From assembly GCA_050084515.1 (NCBI GenBank), contig CM114271.1, forward strand, positions 18,476,001 to 18,540,000: DNA of 64,000 bases, in the 5' to 3' direction. Source of the DNA: Blasia pusilla. Lineage: Eukaryota. The notes under the pieces were generated by a model. That model was not told where the DNA came from and searched no databases. It was given only the letters and a program-made list of their open reading frames with translations. Positions 11,700 to 23,855 of the stretch are shown piece after piece. The translations under genes were made by a program, and so were the position numbers. The stretch's first letter is position 1. Each line of letters opens with the position of its first letter.

Positions 11700-13660
11700 C
11701 CAACTTATCCATAGCAGAATCCTCAAGCTTTATTGCTATGCGCTTAGGCAAGGAAGTAGAAGTTAGTACATATTATTTGAACATTGTGACTCTACCTCTA
11801 TTACGATTTTGCTTTCTAAAGATACCAATAGCCTCTTCCACTTTCTTCCAATTTCTACTTACACCTTCTTCTTCAATCTTACCTGCCAACATTAGGGAAA
11901 AGCTTGTAGTTGTCTTCTTGATTATTGTTAGTTGCCTCAAAGAATAGCTCGATTTTCCTTATATCAAGAGTTGTCCTTGTAGAAGAAAATAATTGGAAAA
12001 ACAAGTTCTCATATTCACGCAATAATTAATCATGAGTCATTCCCTTCCCATTGTGTTGCTCTATCCATTCTAGGAAAGTTCTCTTGGATATACGATCCAT
12101 ATCATCTTCGAAGAATTTTGCTTTCAACAATAGCTTATACTCCTACCAGGAGGTTGAGCAATTGTTGAGAGGGAAATTCTTTCACTTCACTATGAATCTT
12201 TGATATTACATCTAATTAAATTTTTGACATAATATCACCTTCAAAAACAAGTTTTACCTCCACATCACATTCATACTCTCGAGCATACTTCGTCATATTT
12301 CTCCCATTAAATTCTTTATAATTGCTTGAAGTGTCCTTGTTTATCTTTGCTCTTCCATACAAACTCTATGTTGTTGGTTCAACAATGTCGTCAATGTTGA
12401 GAGAAGATCCTTAGCTCCATCAATTCCCATCGATGAAGCACCATCCAAAAAAGTCATATTGATAAAACATCAACTTCAAAAAATATAATCTACCAACTGA
12501 AAGATCTCTCAATGGAAGCACCATTTATCTTATTTAAAGTTTTCTTTGAGCAAAGACAAACCTTTTAGTCGGGGTAATCGTTGATGCAAGATTGAATCCT
12601 ATAATAAGTTTTTCCATGGAGTATAGAATCACTACATCCACCTTAATTTTCATGCTTTCAAGATAGAAATTACGAATGGTAGTGCCGAGGCGATAAGTTA
12701 TTCATAACATCTAACATCAAAATTCTTAATTTTGAAGTCTATATAAAATAATTTATATTTCTACATTAAAATGTCATAGCTAGTATTAAACCCTACTCGA
12801 GCAAACTTATTTACATACATAAATTGCTAAATAAAGACATACAAGATACAATCCCAAACCCTTCCGTATGTGATAATAGGAAGTATTAATGGAATTGATG
12901 ATTCCATAACTTGGTTCATGGATGCCTCTTCAAAATGATGGACAAGATAAAAGATAAAAAAAGTGTCTATTTATGAAGAGGAACTTTACGTGGTATGGAT
13001 TAAGACAAGGAAAAATCGGGTACGATTCGCGCTCCACGCCCATCCATGATTGACAAACATCTTCTATCCTCATATCTTTCCCTACACAAATTTAGGGCAA
13101 GGGTAAATCACTTCACAAATTCTCTCAAATTTATGGAAGATTTGTTTCCCCAATTTAACCTATACGCGGTAATCTCTAACTCCTTAAGAATGGGTAATGG
13201 TGGAGTTGCGCTCCCAAGATGATTAATCCACTCTCATTGGAAAAGTAACCGGTCCAAATCCATTAACTGTCCCTACAATTAAAAAAAAGGAAATCTTCTA
13301 AGATAACAAGCCTCTCCAAATTATTATCTCTACATGCACATATAAGACTCTCAAAACTCTCGAAGGATATATATTGGCAAAGTCACTCTCCCCAGAGGCA
13401 CAATCCACTCCGATTAGAAAGGCTGAAATCCTAATGTCATCCACTCAAGAGTGACAAGAGAAACTCGAGAATCAAGAAATTATGTTCAAGCTCGTATTGA
13501 CTTCATATCCTTCAAACTACCCTAGCCTTGATTTCTTCAAAAACCAAAATTACTTTAAATTTATTTTCATCAATACACCAATCAACTTATGTACTTCTTA
13601 TATTTTCCATGTCTCATTCATTACCTCTCTTCTTAGGGTAGGGCCGTAGAAATCGCACAT
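11700..13660 (-). mobile_element. Highly decayed LTR retrotransposon 5' end: LTR (~12530-13660), PBS-like site, gag remnant
   Basis: 12530-13660 resembles the solo LTR at 28339-29611. TGGTGCTTCCATTG on the minus strand at 12510-12523 directly follows it. Gag-like KEFNGRNMTKYAREYE and W*EYKLLLKAKFFEDDMDRISKRTFLEWIE lie at ~12050-12320. Confidence 0.55.
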
Positions 13661-14199
13661 CCTTCGATATCTGGTGAAAAATCAAGACTTCTTACTATGC
13701 TACTCAAAGATTTATTGTTGCTATGTCTTTTGATTGATCTAACTCAAGAAATCCCTCACAAAAAATATTGACTCTTTCTTTTAGCTTGAGAATTATGCCA
13801 TCTAACTTACATAGTTTGTCAGTGGATTTTTTGGAAATAAAGACTACAATATATGGAGCAAATCAACGGTGTAAAATATTCTTAATATTATATTGTGCAC
13901 AAAGACCCAATCTCCTTTTGAAGTTAATGGGCTTTATTAAAGAACTCATTGTTTTCTATCCTTGTTTCCTTTAGTTTGATTAACGCTTTTCTTATATCCC
14001 CTTCTTGTGTTATGACCAAGATGACACTACTATTCTTGTACTATGATCGAGTAGCACATTCCCCAAAACTTTGTAGCATAGTAACTAGATCTACGACCCA
14101 TTGATGATGCATGAATAGAGAAAGGGTACCTAAATTTTAAGTCCATATCTCACCTTGATTTTTTATTGGATTTGACATTCGAGACATAATCCCAAAAAA

Positions 14200-17100
14200 A
14201 TCCTTTTTTTTTTATAGTCCCATAGTACCCAAATTTTAAAAATTTTGATAGAAAAATCAAATTTTGTACATAACTCTTGCTGGAGTAACGACTAAAGACT
14301 CAACATCGGAAGTAAAGATGTGTACTTTACTGAAATTATGTGAAAACCTTGATTGACATAGCTCCCATGAGAGGTCAAGAGATATTAGAATATTAAGGAT
14401 TGTCTTGGAGGAGTGAGAATTATGTAAAAACAGGAAAAGAAGATAGAAGAGAAAGCAAGTGTGCTTTGCAAGAAAGATCATAGTAAGAACAATGTAAAAG
14501 ATTGTTAACGAATATTGGAAGAAGCTTCCTTGTAAAGAAGAATGAAGGTAGTCTTTGTGCAAAGACTAGGTACAAAGAATGAAGAACGAAGAGCAGAGAC
14601 TCAAGAGCGAAAACTAAGAATCCAAATAAAAAGAGGAAGAAGCGAAAGAAGTCAAAGAGTCTTCAAGAAGTAGAAAGGTGTATTAAGAATAGGAATAGAA
14701 AGATAGGAAACGCTTTGAAGGCAGCCGATTCAAAAAAAGTAGAAAGGAGGACTTTTCACGGCGATAGAAGGATAAGAGTCCTCGTCCGAAGATAGGAGCG
14801 CAAAGGTAGGATAGCAAAGATAAAGACTATAAAGACTACAAAGAGTGCGAAGACTATGAAGATTGAACCGTCGGGGCAGTTTCGGAAGCCATAAATGGAG
14901 CGGCGCAACAGTTTAAAAGGGAACGGAATTGAATCTCCAAGGAAACCAACGGTCTTGGGAAGATGGAGGGTTGGAAAATCTGAATAGAGTAGGTTAGGTG
15001 TAGCAGTTAGTATTATAGATTAGGATCAGAAGAGCAATCAGGGATTATAAAAGACTATTTAAAGAGTATATTAGTAGAAGAAGGGATCATTCCCTTGTGT
15101 CTTGAATTCCCCAATACTGTTCCGAGTATCTTGAGATTACCAACAGTCTCGGTGAGTGTGTAAGAAGTTTTATTGAGGGATGATCCAAGCTGAACATTCT
15201 TTTACTTTCTGAAGCTTGTAATACTTTATACTTCTTTCCACTCTTTGATGCAAAAGACGAGTCTTATCTCATACTTTTTTACGTGGGGAGTTGAGTGTAA
15301 AATGTTATTAGGCCGCAGTAGAGATGAGAGTTTAATCTTGTAGTTTCGAAATTCCGGAAGATAATCAAGAAGAGCTTAGGAAAGCTGCTAGGTTGTACAT
15401 TACATAAGGAAGAAGGTGAGGAAATTTTTGGCACCGCTGCCGGGGATCACATGATCTTCCAAGTAAGGAGAGGTAGCGAGAGAGTGGGGTATGGGAGTAG
15501 AACAAGTTGTAGGACCCCCACTTGGTGTAAGATGAGTAGTGCTGAAGGAGGATCCTCCTACGCAGAGAGTACTATTGAGATAACTAGATCATCTAAAGAA
15601 TCTTCATTCTCATGGAGTGGAGCCTTGCGCGTTGGGTGAGGCGCTTGGCAAAAAGATTTTTGGAAGTTTGGGATGGATCGGGAAAGAAGTGTTGAAACAC
15701 GCGAGCAAAGATCTGAGCGACGAAGAAGAGAAAGAGAAGAGCGAAGTGCCTGGAGACCGTCAAGGACACCTGCAAAGAACCTTCCCCCTCTTTGTCCAAA
15801 GCCTCCTGGGCAAAGACGAGAAAGGAGGAAGTTGCCTATGCCTCATGAGTCACCACTGAAGCCAGACCTTCAAGAGGAGTGGGATTGGTCTGACCACAAC
15901 AGCTCGGGCGAAGAAAAGGATAACTTTACCATAGGGACTTGCCTTTCCCATCAGGTGAGGGAAGTCTTCTCAGTAGCGAAGACAGCAAATGACCGATGGC
16001 ACAACCACACAAATCGCTGTTGAGGTACCCCATCTTTGCATGAAGCAAGCGAGATGATACGGGTGACTTCATGTTGGAGTTAACTCATTTGGAAAAAGCC
16101 AATGGAGAGGGATCAGAGCAAGATCTTCTTAGAGTCTTTCTTGGACTCTTAAAGAAGTGTGCCAGTTAGTGGTACGAGGGAATAGAAGCGAAAATCCTGG
16201 AAACTTGGGGACCCCTGCTTAAGGCGTTCCTTCATGAATCTCGCGACCTGGAATTTGATGATTGCCTACTGACGTAGCTTCATGATCTCAAGAGGAGGAA
16301 GAAAGAGACTTTGAGAGAATACACTCAAAGATTTTCCAGCTTGTTCGGCAAGTTGGAGCACATCAGTGTGTCATAGTTGGTGGATTGGTATGTGTCGGGT
16401 TTATGGAATGAGATGGATCATTATTGTCGCAAAAGGCAGCAAGATTCCCAAGCACTTGTGATCACCTCTGCAAAAGCTTACAAGGACTTGGAGAAGTCCA
16501 AGAGGACGCGAAAGAAGAGACATCATAGGAAGCGGATAACCTCTTCGTCAAAGGAGTCTTCGTCTTCTTCCAACTCTTCGGATACCTTGGCAGGCACCAC
16601 GTGCAGCAAAGACTCAGAATCCGAGGAAGACTCCACACGCAAGAAGAAGCAGAAAGCAAGACGCCCAAGATCATCTTCTTCTTTGGGAAAGGGGCGTAAG
16701 GATTAGAGCACGAAGAAAGAGAGCCGCAAGTCTATTGGTCGCGCCCGTAAGAGTAACAAGGATGGGGAGAAGTCCGCAATCAGTGAGTTGACAAAGAAAA
16801 TGGCCAGACTAAAAGTATACCTGACGGTCTGTGATACCCACAATTTTGTACTTTGGAAGAAATGTATCTTTTTATTGAACAAAGACTCTTGTACATTATG
16901 GTTTGGATTATTATATGCAATTATGGAGAAGAAGGAGGGTGAGAAGCTCCTAAGACAAGGCAGAGAGATGGAAGATCAAGGATTTGCCTTAGAGGAGAAT
17001 CAAAAGCCGTAACGAAGAGCGAAGCACGAAGAGAATGAAGAATGAAGAGCTTCGTCCTCCGGAAATTCAGCGCAGCGAAGCTCAGCATGATTGTGATTCG

Positions 17101-18300
17101 AACCGGCACATAGTTAAAACAGTTAGCCTAGGAAGAAGCGCAACCCTTTGTATCAGATAGATAGTTAGGACAATTTGTTCTCCGGATTCCTAAAGACCAT
17201 CGGAAAAGGAACGCACACCATAGATCTAGGTAGTTAGAAATATTGAAGAGACACCAACTCCATCAAGAACGCTTCGGATCTTAGAAACGCTCCTACTCTC
17301 GAGAATATTTAAGAAACAGGACAGAAGCTATCATTATAATTCGCTCATGAAGTCCTTATGCTGTAGGAATGGTCCGAGCAAGAGAGTTGTACCCTCTCGA
17401 GCTTGTATATACTTTGAAGTCTTCCCATTCTTGATGGAGTAGTAAAGCAATCATTCATTCATTCTGATGTGCGATGCTTATGTGTGAGTATTCTTTTTGG
17501 GTCTGCAGAATGAAGAGTGAATCAGGCGAACCTTTCTCATCAATGGAATAATCAACATAGAGTTGTATGACATTTATTTGATAGAGAGTAACCTGCCAAG
17601 ACGGATTAAGTTCCGAAAGTAGGAGAAGCCAACTTTATTCTTGAGATCTCTGTGAGGTTCCGAGATGTCGAGAGAACAATTTGCCTGAGCGTACTTTAAA
17701 TTCCACTCGAGAGAATTGAAGAAGAAAACATAGGTACTAAGGAAGATCGGAAGATGTTATTGGAATACTACATTTGAATTACATAATCAACCACACTACT
17801 TTTACAACATAATAATCACTTTATACTCTCTTTTCATCCAACAATGATCCTCTTGGGGATTGAACTTTACAAATGACTGTAAATAAGAAACACTTGGACA
17901 TTACACGGTCAACAAAGATCCTTGAAGAAGGTTGGGTCTTATGCGGCCTAACATATGGTGCATCGCTTGTGGGACTGAAGGGCATACGGTGTCGGAGTGC
18001 CCGCTGCAATGAGATTTAGGTTGGATGCAAGAAGAACCCTCAAGGGAGGAGGGATGGTATGAGCCGGATTAGTGGAAAGGATGCTACGCGGTTGATGTAG
18101 TTCCCAGAGCTAGTACTCATTGTAGCTCGATTCCCACGTACGTACCACCTGAGTATGAAGAGAAGAGGCCTCTACGTCAGATCATGGGACCGTTGCATTT
18201 ACCCCACCAATCAAGAGGAATTGTTGTTATAATTTTGGGACAGCCAATCATTGGGCAAACAACTGTCCAAACCCAAAGAGACTAGTGGGGCTGAGGGATA
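14200..18300 (+). mobile_element. Non-chromovirus (Athila/Phygy-like) Ty3/gypsy 5' end: LTR, PBS, gag with CCHC knuckle; split by a solo LTR
   Basis: PBS TGGCACCGCTGCCGGGGAT at 15429-15447. Gag remnants WYEG..ETWGPLLKAFLHE..LKRRKKETLREYTQRF..LVDWYVSGL at ~16170-16405. Zinc knuckle CIACGTEGHTVSEC at 17959-18000 is in register once the 16830-17905 insert is removed. The left LTR boundary is approximate. Confidence 0.8.
16830..17905 (+). mobile_element. Solo LTR with perfect 5-bp TSD
   Basis: Starts TGTGAT, ends ATTACA, flanked by CGGTC at 16825-16829 and 17906-17910. Removing it rejoins the gag frame (LTVNKDP). Confidence 0.9.
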
Positions 18301-18319
18301 GCTAGAGATAGTAGATGCT

Positions 18320-19330
18320 CTTCGGTGAGCACTAGATGGTTGGGTCTCCTAGGCGACAAGGCTTCTTCCCTCGGCCCAGGGGTACCCATCACTGTCTCTC
18401 TTTCTAGCAAATCTTATGATCCCCGACAACGGCGCCAAAAGTTGTTTGGTTTATGTAATGTACACGTGATTTTAAAATATATCTTTTTACAGTATTTTAA
18501 TGAGTTCGATCCCCAAGAGGATCACGATTATGTGAAAAGAAAGATCAAGATGTCCTTTATCTTGCAATAGTTGTAATTAAGTGTGTATAATTCAGATTTA
18601 AGGACTTATCATTGCCTTCAGATCTCTCTTAGTACCATGATTTCTTTCCTAGATTCTCTCTAGTGGAATTGAAACCACGCTCAGGTATATCTTCACTCAA
18701 CATCAAAGAACCTCACAAAGACCAAAACAAGAAGCTGGCTTCTCCTACTTTCGGAACTCAATCCGTCCAGGCAGGCTATTCACTGTCGAGCAGATTTCTT
18801 ACAACTCCATGTTGATTATTCTAATGATGAAAGTGTTCTCCTGATTCACTCTTCACCATGTAGACCCAATAAAAATACTCAAACATATGCATCGCACAGC
18901 AGAATGAAGAAATAAGTGCTTTACTACTCCATCAAGAATGAGAAAGCTTCAAAGTGTATACAAGCGTGAGAGGATACTACTCCCTTGCTCAGACCATTCC
19001 TACAACATAAGGACTTCGTGAAAGAATGATGAGGATAGCTACTTTCATGCTTCTTAAATATTCTATGAAGTATGGGTGGTTCTAAGGATCTGAAACGTTC
19101 TTGAGGAATATGGTGTCTCTTCAACATTTGTAACTACCTAGAACTATGGTACTCTTTTCTTTTCCTATGATCCATGTGAGTCCGTTGATCGTAATTGTAC
19201 TAACTCCCTATTTGATACAAATGTCGCGCTTCTTCCTAGTCTAACTGTTCTAACGATGTGCCGCTTGAAATCACTTTGAATCTTAGCTTCGCTTTGCTGC
19301 AAAGACTGGTCCTCTTTTGCTTCCCTTGAA
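18320..19330 (-). mobile_element. Inverted LTR + PBS fragment of a related Athila/Phygy-like element
   Basis: TGGCGCCGTTGTCGGGGATC on the minus strand at ~18418-18437. The adjacent sequence resembles the reverse complement of the LTRs at 14600-15400 and 17100-17700. Confidence 0.7.
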
Positions 19331-20596
19331 ATTGTGAAACCAGAGAATAAGAGGGAGGGGGAGTTGAGAATACTAAGGAGGGGATTTATATGTTTATATA
19401 TAAGGATTTGTATACAACGGGAGGGCAAGTTGAGAATATGAGGTAGAAGAGTTATATATTTGTATATGAAGAGAGGGGAAGTTGAGAATAGGAGAGGAGG
19501 ATTTATATGTTTGTATACGATAAGAGCATACACGAAGAAGCGACACAAATTGAATCACACAAATTTAATTCATACAAGTAACACGAATTAGATCCAAATT
19601 CTACATCCACGGTATACATCAATCATAAAATAGATGCAAAACGAATGACACATATAGGGACCGTAATTAATTTGAAATTTAAGAGAGTTTCTAGGCTTAG
19701 AAGGGACTTAAACTCACGGAAATATCGTTTTTTTAGTAAAACGGAGAAAAAATGAAGGTTAGTAAGAGTTTTATCTCAAAGGAAATTTAGGATTGTTAGA
19801 ACAATGGAAGGAAAAGAAGTCTAATTTTGAAAACTATCGAAAAAAACATTGGATAGACTTCTTATTGGCTGGACATAGTTTTTGTCCACAGAAAAAGCTC
19901 GACACGAACTCTTTAAAAAAATGAATAAAGATATATATAGTTGGTAAAGGGACTAAAATAAAATTTTTGAGCCCTTTTCAAAACCTCGGTTAGGTTAGCA
20001 CACTAGAGGGCATCTATACTATTAACCGAGCATGGGAGATTACTAAAGGGGGAAATGAAAAGAAAGAAGGAATCTAAAAGAAGTGAAGCTTACGACCTAT
20101 TTTTTGGTCACATGATTATTTGCTTAGCACTTTGATCTCTGCCTTATCTTTAATAATCTGATCTCACATATGTAGTCTTCTATTTTTTTTGTGATATGAT
20201 CTCGATCTATTTTTGCATCTGTTGGCAACACTTTGAGACATATGTCAAAGAACTATTGGATATACTACGCGGACACGTGTTATTCATAGAGTGCACCTGT
20301 TATGTTGAGACACCTGTTGAGAAACCTAGAGACATTTGAGGCGTTTGACTGTAGATAAATATGTTCTACTCGCGCTCTGTTTAATACTTTGGGAAAGTTT
20401 CGAGAAGAAAGAGGAGGAGGAAGATCCGAGCATGAATCCACAGCCCCGAAGCCGCATTGAATTTTAAATGTGGAGTTTCAAATCTGTAGCTCGTATGTTG
20501 CCTTATTTTGAATGTGGAGTTTCAAATGTGCAGCACGTAGTTGCGTCGGATTTTGAATGTGCATTTTTAGCTCATGAATAGCGTTCATCTAGTAAG

Positions 20597-20598
<2 letters not shown>

Positions 20599-20664
<66 letters not shown>
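20599..20664. repeat. (TC)33 microsatellite
   Basis: Directly visible perfect dinucleotide run. Confidence 0.98.
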
Positions 20665-20666
<2 letters not shown>

Positions 20667-23400
20667 CGTGGTTGGGTTTAAACCCCAAAACTACAAGTCC
20701 CGATAGGCCTGGTATGTTGGGACGACATGTTCTAAAGCATTGCTTCTGGGTAGCTGATAATGAGTGAACCGCGTGCAAGCAATATAGCAATACTCTCTAT
20801 CGAGTTGCCCATTGTTAAAGTTGGAACCTGTAATGAGCTTGTGATGTCATTCCCCTGGTTGGTAGGTGTGGATTACTGTGTCATGTAATCCATGTGACTT
20901 GTGGTAGTTGTGCCACAAGTAAAGTGTCCAGTGGACTTAGTTGAAGAAATGGAGACCTCTCCTTCTTTTGAAGTTGGATTCACGTGCCCTCCTTTGTAGC
21001 TTAATACCAAGATTGTTCACCTTGGCAGGTAGTGATGATCTCTGGGGGTAACAAGAAGGCTCTCTTTGGGCATCTTGCCGCTTGGAGGCAGCCCCTCCAA
21101 ACAAATAGGACAGCGAGTCCCTGTCTAGACTCTCGGCTGGTAGCTTAAACATTCTCCCCAGATCCTAAATCAGTTGTTTGCCAAACCTCTACATATAATC
21201 AGCCGCCTTGAGCCCAATATATATGTGTCCTCCCAAGCTTGTGAGGAGTATCAGTTCATCTATCAAAGGCGCATACCAAAGCTCTGCATCCTCAAGCTGG
21301 GCGGGGAATTCCGACATGTTTATGTGAGACGATCAAAGGCCCCTCGCAGTTCAGATGTGGGCAGAGAGTTCAATCTGGTCTATAGGAGGAGACCACGGTT
21401 CCACATGATCATTTTTGGTGTACGTCCCACAAAAGACTTTGTCTCATTTAAGATCATGTGCACAGCTTTGGGCTTTGAATTCCTGGCTACTAATGGAGTT
21501 ACTCGGATGATGAATGGGTGTTAATGTATCTTCAAGGCGTCCATCAAGGGCACAAGAGGCCAATACTTGGCTTGCCACAAAAACCAAGTGTCTCAAGAAC
21601 TGAGACGTGCCTACAACTAGAGGGCTATGGTAGTCGAGGGTGGTTCCAACTTGAAGGGAAGGCCCATCTCCACAAAACGGTTGGTGATCTACACACCTAA
21701 TATCTTTAGTGTTCTCCAAGGAACCAACGATGAAGAGCCTGCACATGAAGAGGTTCCATGTTGCAAGCAGCCACACCTAGGCCAAAAGTGAGCCCGCCGA
21801 CCCCCAACCTACTTAGTGACAGGTCTCTGTTTGGGTATCTGGAACTTATGTGGACTGACCCATGCAGTGAAGCTATTGGAGGTTGCTGAAAAATCAAATT
21901 CATATATGCGGTGGTCAGGAAACTTGGAAAACTGAATTAATGGAGATACCCCATGTACCACACTATGCATGGTTTGGAAAGATGTGCAGCACCCAGGTGG
22001 ACAACAATAGAGGTATGAAGGGTTTCAGATTCTTCATTAGAGACTTCATGGTGGACAGGTATGAGATCATCAGCACAAGGCTCGAGTATGAACACATCAT
22101 ATCGGTCAAAGTCCAAGTAGAGTGCAACTCGCGGGATATGTATATTGGGTATATTTACATGCCTACAAACAATGACTCTGCTGTTGTAACAGAGGAAACT
22201 TTTGATAGTGTGAAAATTGATTGCCTTGGGTTCCAGACAAAGGGGAACATAGTCTTGCTGGGAGACTTCAATAGCTGGGTGGGGCAAGGCACCGATTCCC
22301 AAGCGGAAATCGGGATGTTTGGAGATGTGAGAGTGAATGGCAATAGCACAGGGCTGATAACGCTGTTGAGGGAACTTCAACTGATGGCACTGAATGATAG
22401 GCATAAAGTGGGTTCCCCAGCTTGGACTAGGGTTAACTTCAAGGAGAATAAAATATCCATTGTGGACTACATAGCTGTGGATGAGGAACTCTACACATGC
22501 AGTGGGAAGATCACACTGGATGCGACAGACATTGGAAGATCAGAACATTCATTGGTTTGGACAAAGTTGCAGCAAAGGCTAAAATGCTCGACCAAACCAG
22601 TGAAGAGAGTGATCAAGAAATGGAGGATAGAGGACTTCCAAGATGAGGGCAACAAGAAGGTGTACATTGGCAAGCTGGAAGAAACTCTCTTGGCGTTTGA
22701 CACTTTCATTGCATCTACCGTCAAGACCTTTGGGCTCATAAGAACAACTGTGGACATGGTGTTGGCATGGTGGGAGCGTGAAGTGACAGATGCCGCCGAG
22801 ATTGTTGTTGGCAGGAAATTGATAATATGCGCCATAGTCGTCAAATGGTGGTCCTTGGAACTCAAGGCAGCCATTGCCAACCAAAGGGAAGTGTATGTAA
22901 CAAGTGCCAAAGCCAGGGACGATGCAACCTTGTGGGCAAAGTATGTGGCCCAACGCAAGGAAACCCGTCTTCTCGTGCGCATGCATAAGAAGAAATTGAA
23001 CCAAGCAACATACTCATCCATCAATGAGAATTTCATTGAGAATCAAAAAAGTTTTGGATGGAAGTGCGGAAATTGAGCAAGGTTAGGGACAAAAATAACA
23101 TAAAAGCCTTGAAGAGAAAAGAGGGTGGAATGGTAACCACGGCTAAAGAGATCCGACATGTGTTGGAAGACCATTACAAGGAGTTAGGCAGGAAGCCCGC
23201 TCGGACATCCCTTGAAGAGCAGAACTTCGAGAGGGTGGTGGAGGATTTTGTTAAGATACAATGGGAGAAGGTAGATGATGAGGTTGAGTTGGACAACCCA
23301 TATAATGATTGGTTCTCCTTGGCTGAGGTGGGAGCAGCGATCAAAGAACTTGTGAACCACAAAGCAAGCGATGGTGATGAGCTTGTGAATGAGTTGTTGA
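20665..23400 (+). mobile_element. 3'-truncated LINE: possible ORF1 remnant plus ORF2 APE endonuclease, cut at the start of RT
   Basis: LCLGIWNLCGL (~21824), then a frameshift to IHICGGQETW..YIGYIYMP..VLLGDFNSWVG..VNGNSTGL..IVDYI..GRSEHSLV (ORF 21883-23076). It continues as HYKELG..FSLAEVGAAIKELVNHKASDGDELVNELL (RT entry) and is then replaced by an LTR. The 5' boundary is approximate. Confidence 0.85.
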
Positions 23401-23855
23401 TGATGATGCTCTTTCTCCGGAGATGAAGACGAAGCGCTCCATTCTTCGTTCTTATTGCAGGTGCTTTGTTCTTCATGCTTCGTTCAAGAGCGAAGTACTT
23501 CTTCCTCTTCTTCTTCGTCATGCTTGGTTCAAGAGCGAAGTACTTCTTCCTCTTCTTCTTCATCGTGCTTCGTTCAAGAGCGAAGCACTTCATAAATAGA
23601 TTCTTAATAAGGTTGCGTTGTCTTTTCCAAGCTTCGCTTTTAGTCTTTAGACTTCGTTGTTGCATTTCCATCTCCTTTAAGGCAAATCCTTGATTATCTA
23701 CCTCTCTACCTTGTCCTAGGAGCTTGGTGATTTCTTCCAATATTACTCATTCTTGTACTACACAAACATAATATCCAAAATCATTATGTATACACATGTT
23801 CTTATCGAATAAAAAAGCTCTAAATCTTCAAAAGTACAAAATTACGGGAATCACA
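23400..23855 (-). mobile_element. LTR 5' fragment, same family as the 16830-17905 solo LTR, with an internal ~45-bp tandem repeat x3
   Basis: Minus strand begins TGTGATTCCCGTAATTTTGTACTTTTGAAG at 23855, versus TGTGATACCCACAATTTTGTACTTTGGAAG at 16830. Confidence 0.8.

Noticed and set aside
8620-11700. AT-rich stretch with scattered short ORFs and LTR-like words
   Set aside because: Too decayed to assign boundaries or products; probably old retroelement debris.
20572-20790. ORF with an ERERER run
   Set aside because: Antisense translation of the (TC)n microsatellite.
23174-23740. 188-aa Lys/Arg-rich minus-strand ORF
   Set aside because: It arises from the tandem repeat in an LTR read through into the antisense LINE; no protein motif.
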